Source of the DNA: Patescibacteria group bacterium
GTDB lineage: Bacteria > Patescibacteriota > Patescibacteriia > JAHIZJ01
Assembly: GCA_028714495.1 (NCBI GenBank)
Contig: JAQTMH010000003.1
Coordinates: forward strand, 8,496-72,495
Direction of reading: 5' to 3'
DNA length: 64,000 bases
Part shown: in pieces, positions 31,149 to 41,128 of the stretch
Layout of the letters: every line of letters begins with the position of its first letter
Numbering within the stretch: the stretch's first letter is position 1
The notes under the pieces: model-generated
Seen by the model: only the letters and a program-made list of their open reading frames with translations
Database searches by the model: none
Told to the model about the DNA's origin: nothing
Made by a program: the position numbers and the translations under genes

Positions 31149-31272
31149 AACCCCGCCCCTATCCTAAAGATGTCTGTCGTAATAGTAAAAGCATAGCCGC
31201 TAGGCGGCTTCGCCTTACGTCCATGAAATACTTATGACATTACTGGGATAGGGGCGGGGTTTGATATTTTTT
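31149..31272 (+). terminator. 16-bp perfect GC-rich inverted repeat enclosing an 81-nt loop, followed by a T-run
   Basis: AACCCCGCCCCTATCC ... GGATAGGGGCGGGGTT then TGATATTTTTT. It shares the GGGGCGG core with the upstream terminator and the promoter spacer. Confidence 0.45.
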
Positions 31273-31302
31273 AATTTAGCACTACAAATGATCAAACGCA
31301 GG

Positions 31303-31347
31303 CGATGAAACCTTGCCCCATACTCGATACGATGGTTTCCTCGCCTA
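31303..31347 (-). terminator. probable terminator of the ATP synthase operon
   Basis: GGCGATGAAACC ... GGTTTCCTCGCC 12-bp stem, 27 nt downstream of atpC. Confidence 0.4.
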
Positions 31348-31373
31348 CGTTGATATTATCGTTATAAATACCT

Positions 31374-31841
31374 TTATTCACCCGACTGTTTTTTCTTCAG
31401 CTCGTCTTCTCTTATTACCCGATCAGCCCGTTTCGTGCGGTGGCGTTCAGCTACCCGAAGCCTGGCCAATTCCTTCTCGATCTTGGACATTACGGCGGCG
31501 AATTCCTTCTGATCGGTCCGGCGGGTTTTCAGAAGCTCTTCAGCCTTTTGATGCGCTTCTTTGGCTCTCTCAATGTCTATTTCCTCGGCCCGTTCCGCGG
31601 TTTCAGCCAGGACCACGACTTTATTTGGCTGGATCTCGGCAAAGCCGGCTGAAATGGCCATCGGGACCTCATCAGTCCCTTTCTTCACCCGCAGCTCGCC
31701 GGCTGACAGCGCCGTAATCAAAGGCACATGATGAGGCAGTACCGTAATCTCTCCCATTGGCGTAGGCAGAGATACCTGGTCAATCTCGTCATTGTAGACG
31801 ACGCGTTCAGGCGTGACAATTTGGAAATTTATCTTAGCCAT
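31374..31841 (-). CDS. atpC: ATP synthase F1 epsilon subunit
   Basis: Epsilon beta-sandwich N-terminus followed by a helical C-terminus (start at MAKINFQIVTPE). Last gene of the atp operon. Confidence 0.85.
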   Translation of the reverse strand: MAKINFQIVTPERVVYNDEIDQVSLPTPMGEITVLPHHVPLITALSAGELRVKKGTDEVPMAISAGFAEIQPNKVVVLAETAERAEEIDIERAKEAHQKAEELLKTRRTDQKEFAAVMSKIEKELARLRVAERHRTKRADRVIREDELKKKQSGE

Positions 31842-31851
31842 AGATAATTTA

Positions 31852-33243
<1,392 letters not shown>

Positions 33244-33316
33244 TTAATAATTCAGAATGTAAAATTATAGTGATAGAATTTGATGAGCGAGTGATTCACT
33301 TCTTTTTAATTATTAA

Positions 33317-34237
33317 TTAATCAGTCAATACGGTCCGTGAAGCGGAAATCTCAGCCAAGTCCCTGGTAATGCTCGCCTGCCGCGCCTGGTTGAAGCTCAA
33401 AGTCAGATCATTGATAAATTCATCGGCATTCTCAGTGGCATTGCGCATGGCCATCATTCTAGCCGAGTGTTCTGAGGCGTTTGACTCGAGCACGGCTTGG
33501 TAGATTTGAACCTCTACCAAACGGGGCAAAATTACCCGCAGTACTTCTTCGGGCGAAGGCTCAAAGAGATATTCGGAAAAATCCGCTTCAAATTTGGGTT
33601 GAGGCGTACTCTGACCGGCATCTTTTACCACGCCTAATTCTTCAATTTTTTGTCCAATCGGCAAAACCTGGCGCAATCTCGGTATCTGCTTCAGGGCTGA
33701 AACAAAATCGGTAAAGGCCATCATTACCCGGTCATATTTACCGCTGCTGAAATCATTGATAATTAAATACGATAAGGGCGTGATCTCTGACAAATCAGTA
33801 ACCACGTCCATTTTTTCAAACTCAGCCAGGATTTGATAGCCCAGCTTAAAAACAGCTTCCCGGCCCCGTTTGCCCAGAACAATCAGATTCAGCGCGACCT
33901 CTGGCTGTTCCAACTTGCGCTTCGTCACGTAATCAGAAACTAATCGGATGATCTGCTGATTAAACCCGCCGCATAATCCCCGGTTTGAGCTGATCAGCAC
34001 GATCGCTTCGCTTTTTACGGGCCGCTCCTGGAGCAGGACATATTGGCTTCGATCGGTTCGGCTGGCCAGATTTAAAACCGTTTCCCAGGCCAAACTGGAA
34101 TAGGGCCGGGTCGCTAAAACGGCTTTAATCGCCTTGCGCATCTTTGAGGCGGCGACCAGCTCCATGGCTTTGGTTATTTGCTTGGTGCTGGTGACTGAGC
34201 GGATGCGCCTTTTTATGTCTCTGGTATTGGCTGGCAT
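33317..34237 (-). CDS. atpG: ATP synthase F1 gamma subunit
   Basis: The N- and C-terminal helices and the ITxEL C-terminal region are typical of gamma. Confidence 0.9.
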   Translation of the reverse strand: MPANTRDIKRRIRSVTSTKQITKAMELVAASKMRKAIKAVLATRPYSSLAWETVLNLASRTDRSQYVLLQERPVKSEAIVLISSNRGLCGGFNQQIIRLVSDYVTKRKLEQPEVALNLIVLGKRGREAVFKLGYQILAEFEKMDVVTDLSEITPLSYLIINDFSSGKYDRVMMAFTDFVSALKQIPRLRQVLPIGQKIEELGVVKDAGQSTPQPKFEADFSEYLFEPSPEEVLRVILPRLVEVQIYQAVLESNASEHSARMMAMRNATENADEFINDLTLSFNQARQASITRDLAEISASRTVLTD

Positions 34238-34255
34238 GAATGATGATTAGATTCC

Positions 34256-35773
34256 CTATTTATTTTCTGATTGAAATACTTTCTTATACTCCTCAATCGC
34301 TTCTTTCAAGCCCGCTTCAATCTCGGGAGTGAGTTCGGCTTTTGTCTTAAGCTCGGCCATAAAACTCTCCTTCTGAGTGTCCAAATACTGATGCAGTCCG
34401 ATTTCAAACGCCGGGGCTTGTTCAACCGGCAAATCATCGAGCATCCCCTTGACCACTGCGTATAGAATGACAATCTGATTGGTCACGGGCAATGGAACGT
34501 ATTGCGGTTGTTTCAGAATCTCGGTTATCCGCTTGCCGCGTTCAAGCCTTTGCTGGGTGGTTTCATCCAGATCAGAGCCAAACTGGGCAAAGGCGGCTAA
34601 TTCGCGGTACTGGGCTAAATCGAGCCGCAGACTGCCAGCCACCTTTTTCATCGCCTTGCTCTGAGCGGCTGAGCCGACCCGCGATACTGACAAACCGATA
34701 TTCAAGGCCGGCCTGATGCCCTGGTAGAATAAATCGCCTTCCAGGAAAATCTGTCCGTCGGTAATGGAAATGACGTTCGTCGGTATGTAGGCCGAGATAT
34801 CTCCGGCCTGAGTTTCAATTATCGGCAGAGCGGTCAGCGAGCCTCCGCCGTGCTTTTTATCCATCTTGGCCGCGCGTTCGAGCAACCGTGAATGAAGATA
34901 GAAAATATCGCCTGGAAAAGCCTCGCGTCCGGGCGGCCGTCGTAGCAAAAGTGAAACCTGCCGGTATGATACGGCGTGCTTTGATAAATCGTCGTAAATC
35001 ACCAGGGCGTCCTTGCCGGCATCCATGAAATATTCACCCATGGCGCAGCCGGCATAGGGCGCGATGTATGAAAGCGAGGCTGGGTCAGAGGCTGAGGTGA
35101 CAATTACCGTAGTATATTTCATGGCTCCGCGTTTTTCGAGCTCAGCCACGATTCTGGCGATCTTCGATTCCTTTTGGCCGATCGCGACATAGAAACAGAA
35201 GACATTCTGGTTCTGCTGGTTGATAATCGTATCTATGGCAATGGCGGTTTTCCCAGTCTGCCGGTCGCCGATAATCAGCTCGCGCTGGCCCCGGCCGATC
35301 GGAATCATCGAATCAATCGCTTTTAATCCGGTCTGCAGCGGGGTGTTTACCGCTTGCCTGGTTACCACGCCCGGTGCGATCTTTTCCACCGGATAATATT
35401 TTTCACCCCTGATCTCGCCTTTTCCGTCCAGAGGCCGGCCCAGAGGATCAATCACCCGGCCGATCACAGCTTTGCCAACCGGCACTTCGAGAATCCGACC
35501 CGTGCTTTTGACTGTGTCGCCTTCTTTAAGATGATTGTATTCGCCCAGAATAATCGCGCCGACCGAATCTTCATCAAGATTTAGGGCCACGCCCATGGTG
35601 TTTCCTGGGAACTCAAGCATTTCCGAAGAGCGGCATTCGCTTAAACCCGATATCCGGGCAATGCCGTCGCCGACTTCGATAATCTGGCCGACTTTTTCGA
35701 CCTTGACGCTTTCCCGGAAACCGGCGATCTGCTTTTTTAATGACTCGATTACGTAATCTTTTGTCGTTGACAT
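34256..35773 (-). CDS. atpA: ATP synthase F1 alpha subunit
   Basis: GDRQTGKT P-loop and the alpha family C-terminal domain. Confidence 0.97.
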   Translation of the reverse strand: MSTTKDYVIESLKKQIAGFRESVKVEKVGQIIEVGDGIARISGLSECRSSEMLEFPGNTMGVALNLDEDSVGAIILGEYNHLKEGDTVKSTGRILEVPVGKAVIGRVIDPLGRPLDGKGEIRGEKYYPVEKIAPGVVTRQAVNTPLQTGLKAIDSMIPIGRGQRELIIGDRQTGKTAIAIDTIINQQNQNVFCFYVAIGQKESKIARIVAELEKRGAMKYTTVIVTSASDPASLSYIAPYAGCAMGEYFMDAGKDALVIYDDLSKHAVSYRQVSLLLRRPPGREAFPGDIFYLHSRLLERAAKMDKKHGGGSLTALPIIETQAGDISAYIPTNVISITDGQIFLEGDLFYQGIRPALNIGLSVSRVGSAAQSKAMKKVAGSLRLDLAQYRELAAFAQFGSDLDETTQQRLERGKRITEILKQPQYVPLPVTNQIVILYAVVKGMLDDLPVEQAPAFEIGLHQYLDTQKESFMAELKTKAELTPEIEAGLKEAIEEYKKVFQSENK

Positions 35774-35801
35774 AATTTTATGACTTTCAAATATGAAATA
35801 A

Positions 35802-36209
35802 TTAATTAGCTGAAATCATTGACTCTTTGAGATTCGCAAGCCTGTTTTTTAAACTGGCGTCAATTAACAGGTCTGGGAATCTCACCATAATCCCGCCCAA
35901 AAGCGTTGCATCAATACTTTCGTTTAACCTGACGGTTTGCTTCAATAATTTGGCCAAGGCTTCTTCGATTATTTTCTTGTCCCGGACTGACAGCGCCTGG
36001 GCTGTAACCAGCTCTCCTTCTGTAATATTTTCCTTGATCAATGAATAGCGGTGGAATTCTGCGGCGATTCTCTCAGCCAAGGATATTTGATTTCGATCAG
36101 CCAGCAGATGCACGAACTTTTTCATGACAGCATCAATTTCCTGATGAGTCAGACCCTCAGTCAATTCATAGAGAAGAATCGCGTAGTGTTTTGGGGTGAT
36201 TCGCTTCAT
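35802..36209 (-). CDS. atpH: ATP synthase F1 delta (OSCP) subunit, short form
   Basis: Position between atpF and atpA, and the C-terminal [22 protein letters not shown] motif. Confidence 0.75.
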   Translation of the reverse strand: MKRITPKHYAILLYELTEGLTHQEIDAVMKKFVHLLADRNQISLAERIAAEFHRYSLIKENITEGELVTAQALSVRDKKIIEEALAKLLKQTVRLNESIDATLLGGIMVRFPDLLIDASLKNRLANLKESMISAN

Positions 36210-36712
36210 GCTCTATTTTTCATTACCTCGGCTAAAGCCGACTCAATTAATTCCCGGTCCTTTTTCTCGTCTAAACGCTCTTTCAGTACCTTTTCCGCGG
36301 CCTGAACCACCAGATCAGCGACTTCAGCCCGGACTTCCTTCACCAGGGCGACTTTTGCCTTGGCCAGCTCTTCTTTGGTCCGGCGGACGATTTCCTCCAC
36401 TTCCTTATTGGCCGCCTGGAGTTTTTCCTGCCGCATATTTTCGCCTCTTAAGGTTACTTCTTCGAGAATCCGCTGCGCTTGTTTCCTCGCCTCTCTCAAA
36501 ATTTCATCTTTTTTACTGTTGGAAATCGCGAGATTCTCTTCGATCTGCTTGGCGTCAGTCAGGCTTTTGGCGATAGTTTCCGTCCGTTTATTCAGCATTC
36601 GAAGAATCGGCTTGTAAGCGTACCGGTAAAGGACAAACAGCAATATGCCAAAATTAATTATCTGAGCAATTATTAAGCGCCAGTCAATACCCAGTTTTTC
36701 TATTAGTTCCAT
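36206..36712 (-). CDS. atpF: ATP synthase F0 b subunit
   Basis: A single N-terminal TM helix followed by a long charged coiled coil. Confidence 0.8.
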   Translation of the reverse strand: MELIEKLGIDWRLIIAQIINFGILLFVLYRYAYKPILRMLNKRTETIAKSLTDAKQIEENLAISNSKKDEILREARKQAQRILEEVTLRGENMRQEKLQAANKEVEEIVRRTKEELAKAKVALVKEVRAEVADLVVQAAEKVLKERLDEKKDRELIESALAEVMKNRA

Positions 36713-36790
36713 TGATATAACATCTTAATTGTTAACAAATCTGATCGGCCGCCGGTTTTATCCCGACAGCCAATCGTCATCTATCAGCAA

Positions 36791-37018
36791 TTAAACGAAC
36801 TTGATTATCAAGGCTACCACCAGCGCGTAAATCGCGATAGCTTCGGCAAAAGCGATGGCAATCAACATCGGCACTTGGATTTTTGAAGCTGCCTCGGGAT
36901 TTCGGCCGATCGATTCCATGGCTTTAGCCGCCAATTTGCCAATGGCCATAGCCGGCGAGAATCCGCCGATCGCGATGGTCAGGGCCGCGGCCCACATTTT
37001 TACTGATTCTGGTTCCAT
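36791..37018 (-). CDS. atpE: ATP synthase F0 c subunit
   Basis: 75-aa hairpin proteolipid with a conserved carboxylate ([15 protein letters not shown]). Confidence 0.9.
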   Translation of the reverse strand: MEPESVKMWAAALTIAIGGFSPAMAIGKLAAKAMESIGRNPEAASKIQVPMLIAIAFAEAIAIYALVVALIIKFV

Positions 37019-37110
37019 TTTTTTAGTTCCTTATTGGCACCGGTATGGCTTACGACTAGGTAGGTTGTTTAAAGTCGGCCAAACTGATGCCGTTTAATTA
37101 ATATTAATTA

Positions 37111-37842
37111 TCAATGCGGCTCCATTGACGCCACCTTGAAAAATACCAGCGTTAATACGGCGAAGACGAAAGCCTGAATCGCTCCGACAAACAGCTCAAG
37201 AAAATAAAACGGCAGCGGCACCACGTAAGGTATCAAGGACGAAACGATCACCAGCAATACTTCGCCGGCAAAGATATTTCCGAACAACCGGAAAGAAAAC
37301 GATACCAGAACCGCGAATTGATCGATAAACTCCAAAATCCCGATAATCGGGTTTTTGAAATTCAAAAAACGCTTTGAGTATTTGATTACGCCGATGGCCA
37401 TAATTCCGAAAATCTGGGTCATCACAACTGAAATTACGGCCAGAGCTACTGTGACATTCAAATCTGAATTTACCGTGCGCAAAAAAGGCAAAAACGTAGT
37501 TTCGCCGTGCTCCACCTCGTTAATCCCGATCGTGCCAAATCCCGGCAAAATACCCATCCAGTTGGAGGTGATGATAAATAGAAAAATAGTCATCACCCAG
37601 GGGAAAAATCGGATTGATTGCGCCCTGTCCTGGGTCACGCCATCCATCAGTTTCAAAAATGCCTCGATCACAAACTCAAAAACATTCTGAATCCCTTTTG
37701 GTATGGCCTTCAGCCCCTTGGCCTGGAGTCTGGCTGTCGAAGAAACCAAAAACAGCACGCTAACCCAAGAAGCGATCAGGGTGTTGGTAATCGGAAATCC
37801 TCCTAAGTGGAATATCGGCTCAGCCGCTAAAGAAATTGTCAT
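37111..37842 (-). CDS. atpB: ATP synthase F0 a subunit
   Basis: The subunit a signature FSFRLFGNIFAGEVLL, with the essential Arg. Confidence 0.9.
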   Translation of the reverse strand: MTISLAAEPIFHLGGFPITNTLIASWVSVLFLVSSTARLQAKGLKAIPKGIQNVFEFVIEAFLKLMDGVTQDRAQSIRFFPWVMTIFLFIITSNWMGILPGFGTIGINEVEHGETTFLPFLRTVNSDLNVTVALAVISVVMTQIFGIMAIGVIKYSKRFLNFKNPIIGILEFIDQFAVLVSFSFRLFGNIFAGEVLLVIVSSLIPYVVPLPFYFLELFVGAIQAFVFAVLTLVFFKVASMEPH

Positions 37843-37848
37843 ATAATG

Positions 37849-38142
37849 CTACTTTTCTTTTTTGTCTTCCTGGTTCGTTTTTGAATTGTCTTTTGGATTT
37901 CCCCGGTTTTGGGAAATGACCTTTATCGCCTTTAAATACATTCCCACTGTTGATATCCCCATCGAGAGTAATACGCCGCCCAGAAGAAACCATGGCTTAG
38001 TCCCGAGCCAGCGGTCAAGGAGCGCTCCGCCTATTGCCAAAACAACCAGCGGGATGGCGATGGTATAGCCAAGCTCCCAGGCAAATCTAACGGCCGACCA
38101 TTTTGCCTCTGCTTCACTTTTTTCTCTCTGTTCGTCAGACAT
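37849..38142 (-). CDS. AtpZ/AtpI-like small membrane protein
   Basis: 97-aa two-TM protein, first gene of the atp operon. Confidence 0.5.
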   Translation of the reverse strand: MSDEQREKSEAEAKWSAVRFAWELGYTIAIPLVVLAIGGALLDRWLGTKPWFLLGGVLLSMGISTVGMYLKAIKVISQNRGNPKDNSKTNQEDKKEK

Positions 38143-38372
38143 TTTTTAATAACTCATAAAAGAGTGGCTATCCACATCTTTTCCAGGGCATTTTACCTAA
38201 AACTAGCCAATGAATCAAGGGGTGTTGAATAATATGTCTAACCTTAGCCATATTTTCAATATCTTTGTGAAATATTTTTTATTTAGTAACAATTTTTCAA
38301 TATGAATATTTCATACCAAGTATCACGAACAGTTCATAATCTAATTTTTTTAGTTATAGAAATATTTTTTTG

Positions 38373-38401
38373 ACACAAAATCTTGGCCTTGACAATAACC
38401 T
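38373..38401 (+). promoter_or_regulatory. sigma70-like promoter (TTGACA-N17-TAATAT) for a short plus-strand transcript
   Basis: TTGACAATAACCTAAATTTGCGATAATAT, followed by the hairpin ACGTCCGACAGGGACGT. Confidence 0.4.
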
Positions 38402-38599
38402 AAATTTGCGATAATATTATATTATTACAACGTCCGACAGGGACGTTTTATGAATATAAAAAATAAATACCCAAACATTGCATCAGGAATTCCCAGATTC
38501 AAAGGTCGATCCTAGAAAAAGCAGCCAGAAACTATTTACCGAACTCGAGGAAGCTTTTAAAAAATTCCGTGAAGCCAGCCGCAAATTAAAAAATGAGAC

Positions 38600-38640
38600 A
38601 AAATAAAACCACGCGCACCCGTGGGTTGTGCTCCGTTTTT
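38600..38640. terminator. bidirectional intrinsic terminator
   Basis: Hairpin CACGCGCACCCGTGGGTTGTGC, with TTTTTTT on the plus strand and TTTTATTTTGTCTC on the minus strand. Confidence 0.5.
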
Positions 38641-38723
38641 TTACCATCCCCCGAGCGTAACTCCCCGCCTGCCAAAGTACGGCGGGCAGGTCCGTGGTTG
38701 CGCGATGTGTTTTCGATGTTCGA

Positions 38724-39317
38724 TTATTTTAATGTTTTGCTTATTATATCCCAATTAAAATATTGATATGGTGATTTATGATATTTGCTTGGCAATGATC
38801 CTTTTATGGGATTACGTTTGATGTAATTTAACACCGCTTTAAAATACTCATCATTATTGATAATCCGGGTATAAAAACGGCGCTGCCAAATCGTATATGG
38901 AATATCGTGTTTTTTACGCAATTCGTTGATAAAATAGGATTTGATGCCGTGTAATAAATCGGTAATATTATATCCGCCATCCTCCCTTTCCCCGTTCCGA
39001 ACGCGGGCCGCCGTGCCCGCGTTTGTTGTTTTATGTCTAACATTTTTTATTTGTCGCGCAACCACTGCGGTCATGTATGTACGTCCACGCGCAACCACTG
39101 CGGGTTGCGCTCGGGTGTTCTTCATTACCAATAAATGTATATGATCTGGCATAATTTGATACGATATGACATCAAAACACTTAATATTGCATGTCTTAAA
39201 TATTACCCTGCTTAATAAACGCGTATATTTTATATCCTCAAAAAACGGCAATCCTTCGTTTGTCCGAAACGTTACGAAATACGGATATTCATCTTGATAG
39301 ATTCTTCTTTGAGTCAT
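38724..39317 (-). CDS. IS200/IS605-family HUH tyrosine transposase-like protein (RAYT-like), possibly degenerate
   Basis: HUH motif MPDHIHLLV. The C-terminal IWQRRFYTRII resembles the RAYT WQRRFHDH motif, but the HDH is lost. An in-frame low-complexity insertion is encoded by a duplicated CGCGCAACCACTGCGG hairpin repeat (39046..39120). Confidence 0.6.
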   Translation of the reverse strand: MTQRRIYQDEYPYFVTFRTNEGLPFFEDIKYTRLLSRVIFKTCNIKCFDVISYQIMPDHIHLLVMKNTRAQPAVVARGRTYMTAVVARQIKNVRHKTTNAGTAARVRNGEREDGGYNITDLLHGIKSYFINELRKKHDIPYTIWQRRFYTRIINNDEYFKAVLNYIKRNPIKGSLPSKYHKSPYQYFNWDIISKTLK

Positions 39318-39391
39318 ACAAAAAACGGCAAAGTGGTTAACTTCCCGTCATTTCTATAATATTACAAAGCGTGATTTATATCAATACCACG

Positions 39392-39997
39392 CTATATCAA
39401 CTTTGGATCCATACTCTCAAACTCATCTTTCGAAGGAATGGGTATCCCGCAATAATCAGGGTTCTTTCTCTCGCCTTTTGTGAATAGAGTGACATGGGAG
39501 ATCTGAGTGGGCAGCTTTGTCCCTAACAAACTATTGAGTTTGTTATAAAACTTCTCCATGGCCGGAAGGTATAATAACTGTATGTAAGCTTCGCGATCCT
39601 CCGTGATACTTATTTTTTCACTAAACTGGCCGCTCTTTTTAATATGATAGCGCTGGGACAGTTTAAACGACCAGTTAAGCGATTGTAATAAATCCTGGAT
39701 CTTTTTTATTAATATTTCCTGCCCTGGCTGATTAAGCTTTGCTAAAGTTTTCTTAATCGCGTCAGCACCCTCGAAACCTATCACCCTGATATGAAAATCC
39801 TTGTTTCTTTTAAATCCTTCCTGCTTCGCCCTTTCTTCAATATCTGAATATTTAATAGCGTCGAAAGCAACCGGAATCACTGCCTGATAATCAGTTTGCA
39901 GTAAAGGTTGTGAGGGAGTTTGTTTCTGCTGGTTGTTCATTGTTTTCGTATCAATGTCATGTTTCCCTAGCCTACTCCAAAACCCTAATAAAATCAA
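39392..39997 (-). CDS. hypothetical protein
   Basis: 201-aa ORF. The start may be the internal MNNQQ. Confidence 0.4.
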   Translation of the reverse strand: MILLGFWSRLGKHDIDTKTMNNQQKQTPSQPLLQTDYQAVIPVAFDAIKYSDIEERAKQEGFKRNKDFHIRVIGFEGADAIKKTLAKLNQPGQEILIKKIQDLLQSLNWSFKLSQRYHIKKSGQFSEKISITEDREAYIQLLYLPAMEKFYNKLNSLLGTKLPTQISHVTLFTKGERKNPDYCGIPIPSKDEFESMDPKLI

Positions 39998-40191
39998 GCC
40001 CTATGCTATATTATTATCATAGCGCAGGCGAGTTGCTTGCCCCGAATTCATTTCGGGGTTTACGCTCGCTATCTATATTACGCGCGCCTAAAGGCGCGCT
40101 TGCGGAGTTGGTATTATTGTTTATTTGGTGTGGGGGCAAAAAGACCGCCCTCATCGAGCGGCCTTTTCTATTGTAATCCTGTCTGAATTAT

Positions 40192-40929
40192 TTAATTCAC
40201 GACAACCTGATACGCGCCGGTGGTCCAATTGGTATCGGCAAACGTTCCAGCGCAAGTTTCTGTCTCAGTTTTGTAGGTAAAATAGACTGAGCCATCGCCG
40301 ATTGTATACCCGACTGACTGCCAGACATTATTTCCTTCAGGATTTGGACCGATTATATAACTCGCGTCAGCAGCCGGCTTATAAAATACTCGGATATTGA
40401 TCGGCTCGGTAATGCTGGCCTCTGCCACCGCGACTTTTTTATAGTGGTAGTAATAATATTTGATGTATTCATCGCTATCCGGGGCAGTGCAGTCTGTTTC
40501 GTAGTCATACTTGGAAACGAAATCCCCGTCAGCAGCGAGATCGACTGTGCCGGTATATCGTTTGGTGCCCGTTACATTGTTCCCGCCGACTGTTAGCGTA
40601 CCTGCGATTTCCGCGTTGTCATTGATGATAAAAGGCTTGGTGTCGGACGTGCCCGCTTCACTCCCGCGATAGACGCGGCCGTCGATCCGGACATTGTCCC
40701 CAAAGGTCACGGGCTGGTCAGCGTTGTTCGCGCCTGTCGTGTTGTTGATGATCGTACCGTTAAAGGCGGTTACCCCGCCAGAACCCTGGGTGCCGACCTT
40801 GAGCGAGTCGACTTCGAGCGTCCCCTGCCCTTTGAACGTGCTGACGGCGCTTCTGGCGACGCTGGCTACGACAAAGACGGCCAGGACGGAGACCGCGCCG
40901 ACGATCACACTGCGTACTCGATTGTTCAT
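40192..40929 (-). CDS. secreted/membrane-anchored hypothetical protein (Thr/Gly/Asn-rich)
   Basis: An N-terminal hydrophobic signal-anchor is followed by a T/G/N-rich beta-like region. Confidence 0.5.
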   Translation of the reverse strand: MNNRVRSVIVGAVSVLAVFVVASVARSAVSTFKGQGTLEVDSLKVGTQGSGGVTAFNGTIINNTTGANNADQPVTFGDNVRIDGRVYRGSEAGTSDTKPFIINDNAEIAGTLTVGGNNVTGTKRYTGTVDLAADGDFVSKYDYETDCTAPDSDEYIKYYYYHYKKVAVAEASITEPINIRVFYKPAADASYIIGPNPEGNNVWQSVGYTIGDGSVYFTYKTETETCAGTFADTNWTTGAYQVVVN

Positions 40930-41128
40930 GTGTTTCGATATTAGTTATTAATTAGCCAACAAACATGTTGATGGCCTTGGCGTTATTTCTAACGTCAATT
41001 ATATCATAAGCCAATTCAAAAAATCTGTAAACTTAATTCTTTCTAATCAAAAAAGCCGCCTGGGGGAGGGGCGAAAACTGTCTTCGACCGAGTACGGCAC
41101 AAGCTGCTGTAATTAAAGTACGGATATT

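Noticed and set aside
30181-31150. Multiple overlapping ORFs (93-161 aa) on both strands inside the GC-rich block
   Set aside because: Mutually overlapping Arg/Pro/Ala-rich reading frames are the expected random ORFs in 60% GC DNA. None resembles a protein family. An rRNA fragment, RNase P RNA, tmRNA or group II intron identity was also considered and not supported by signature motifs.
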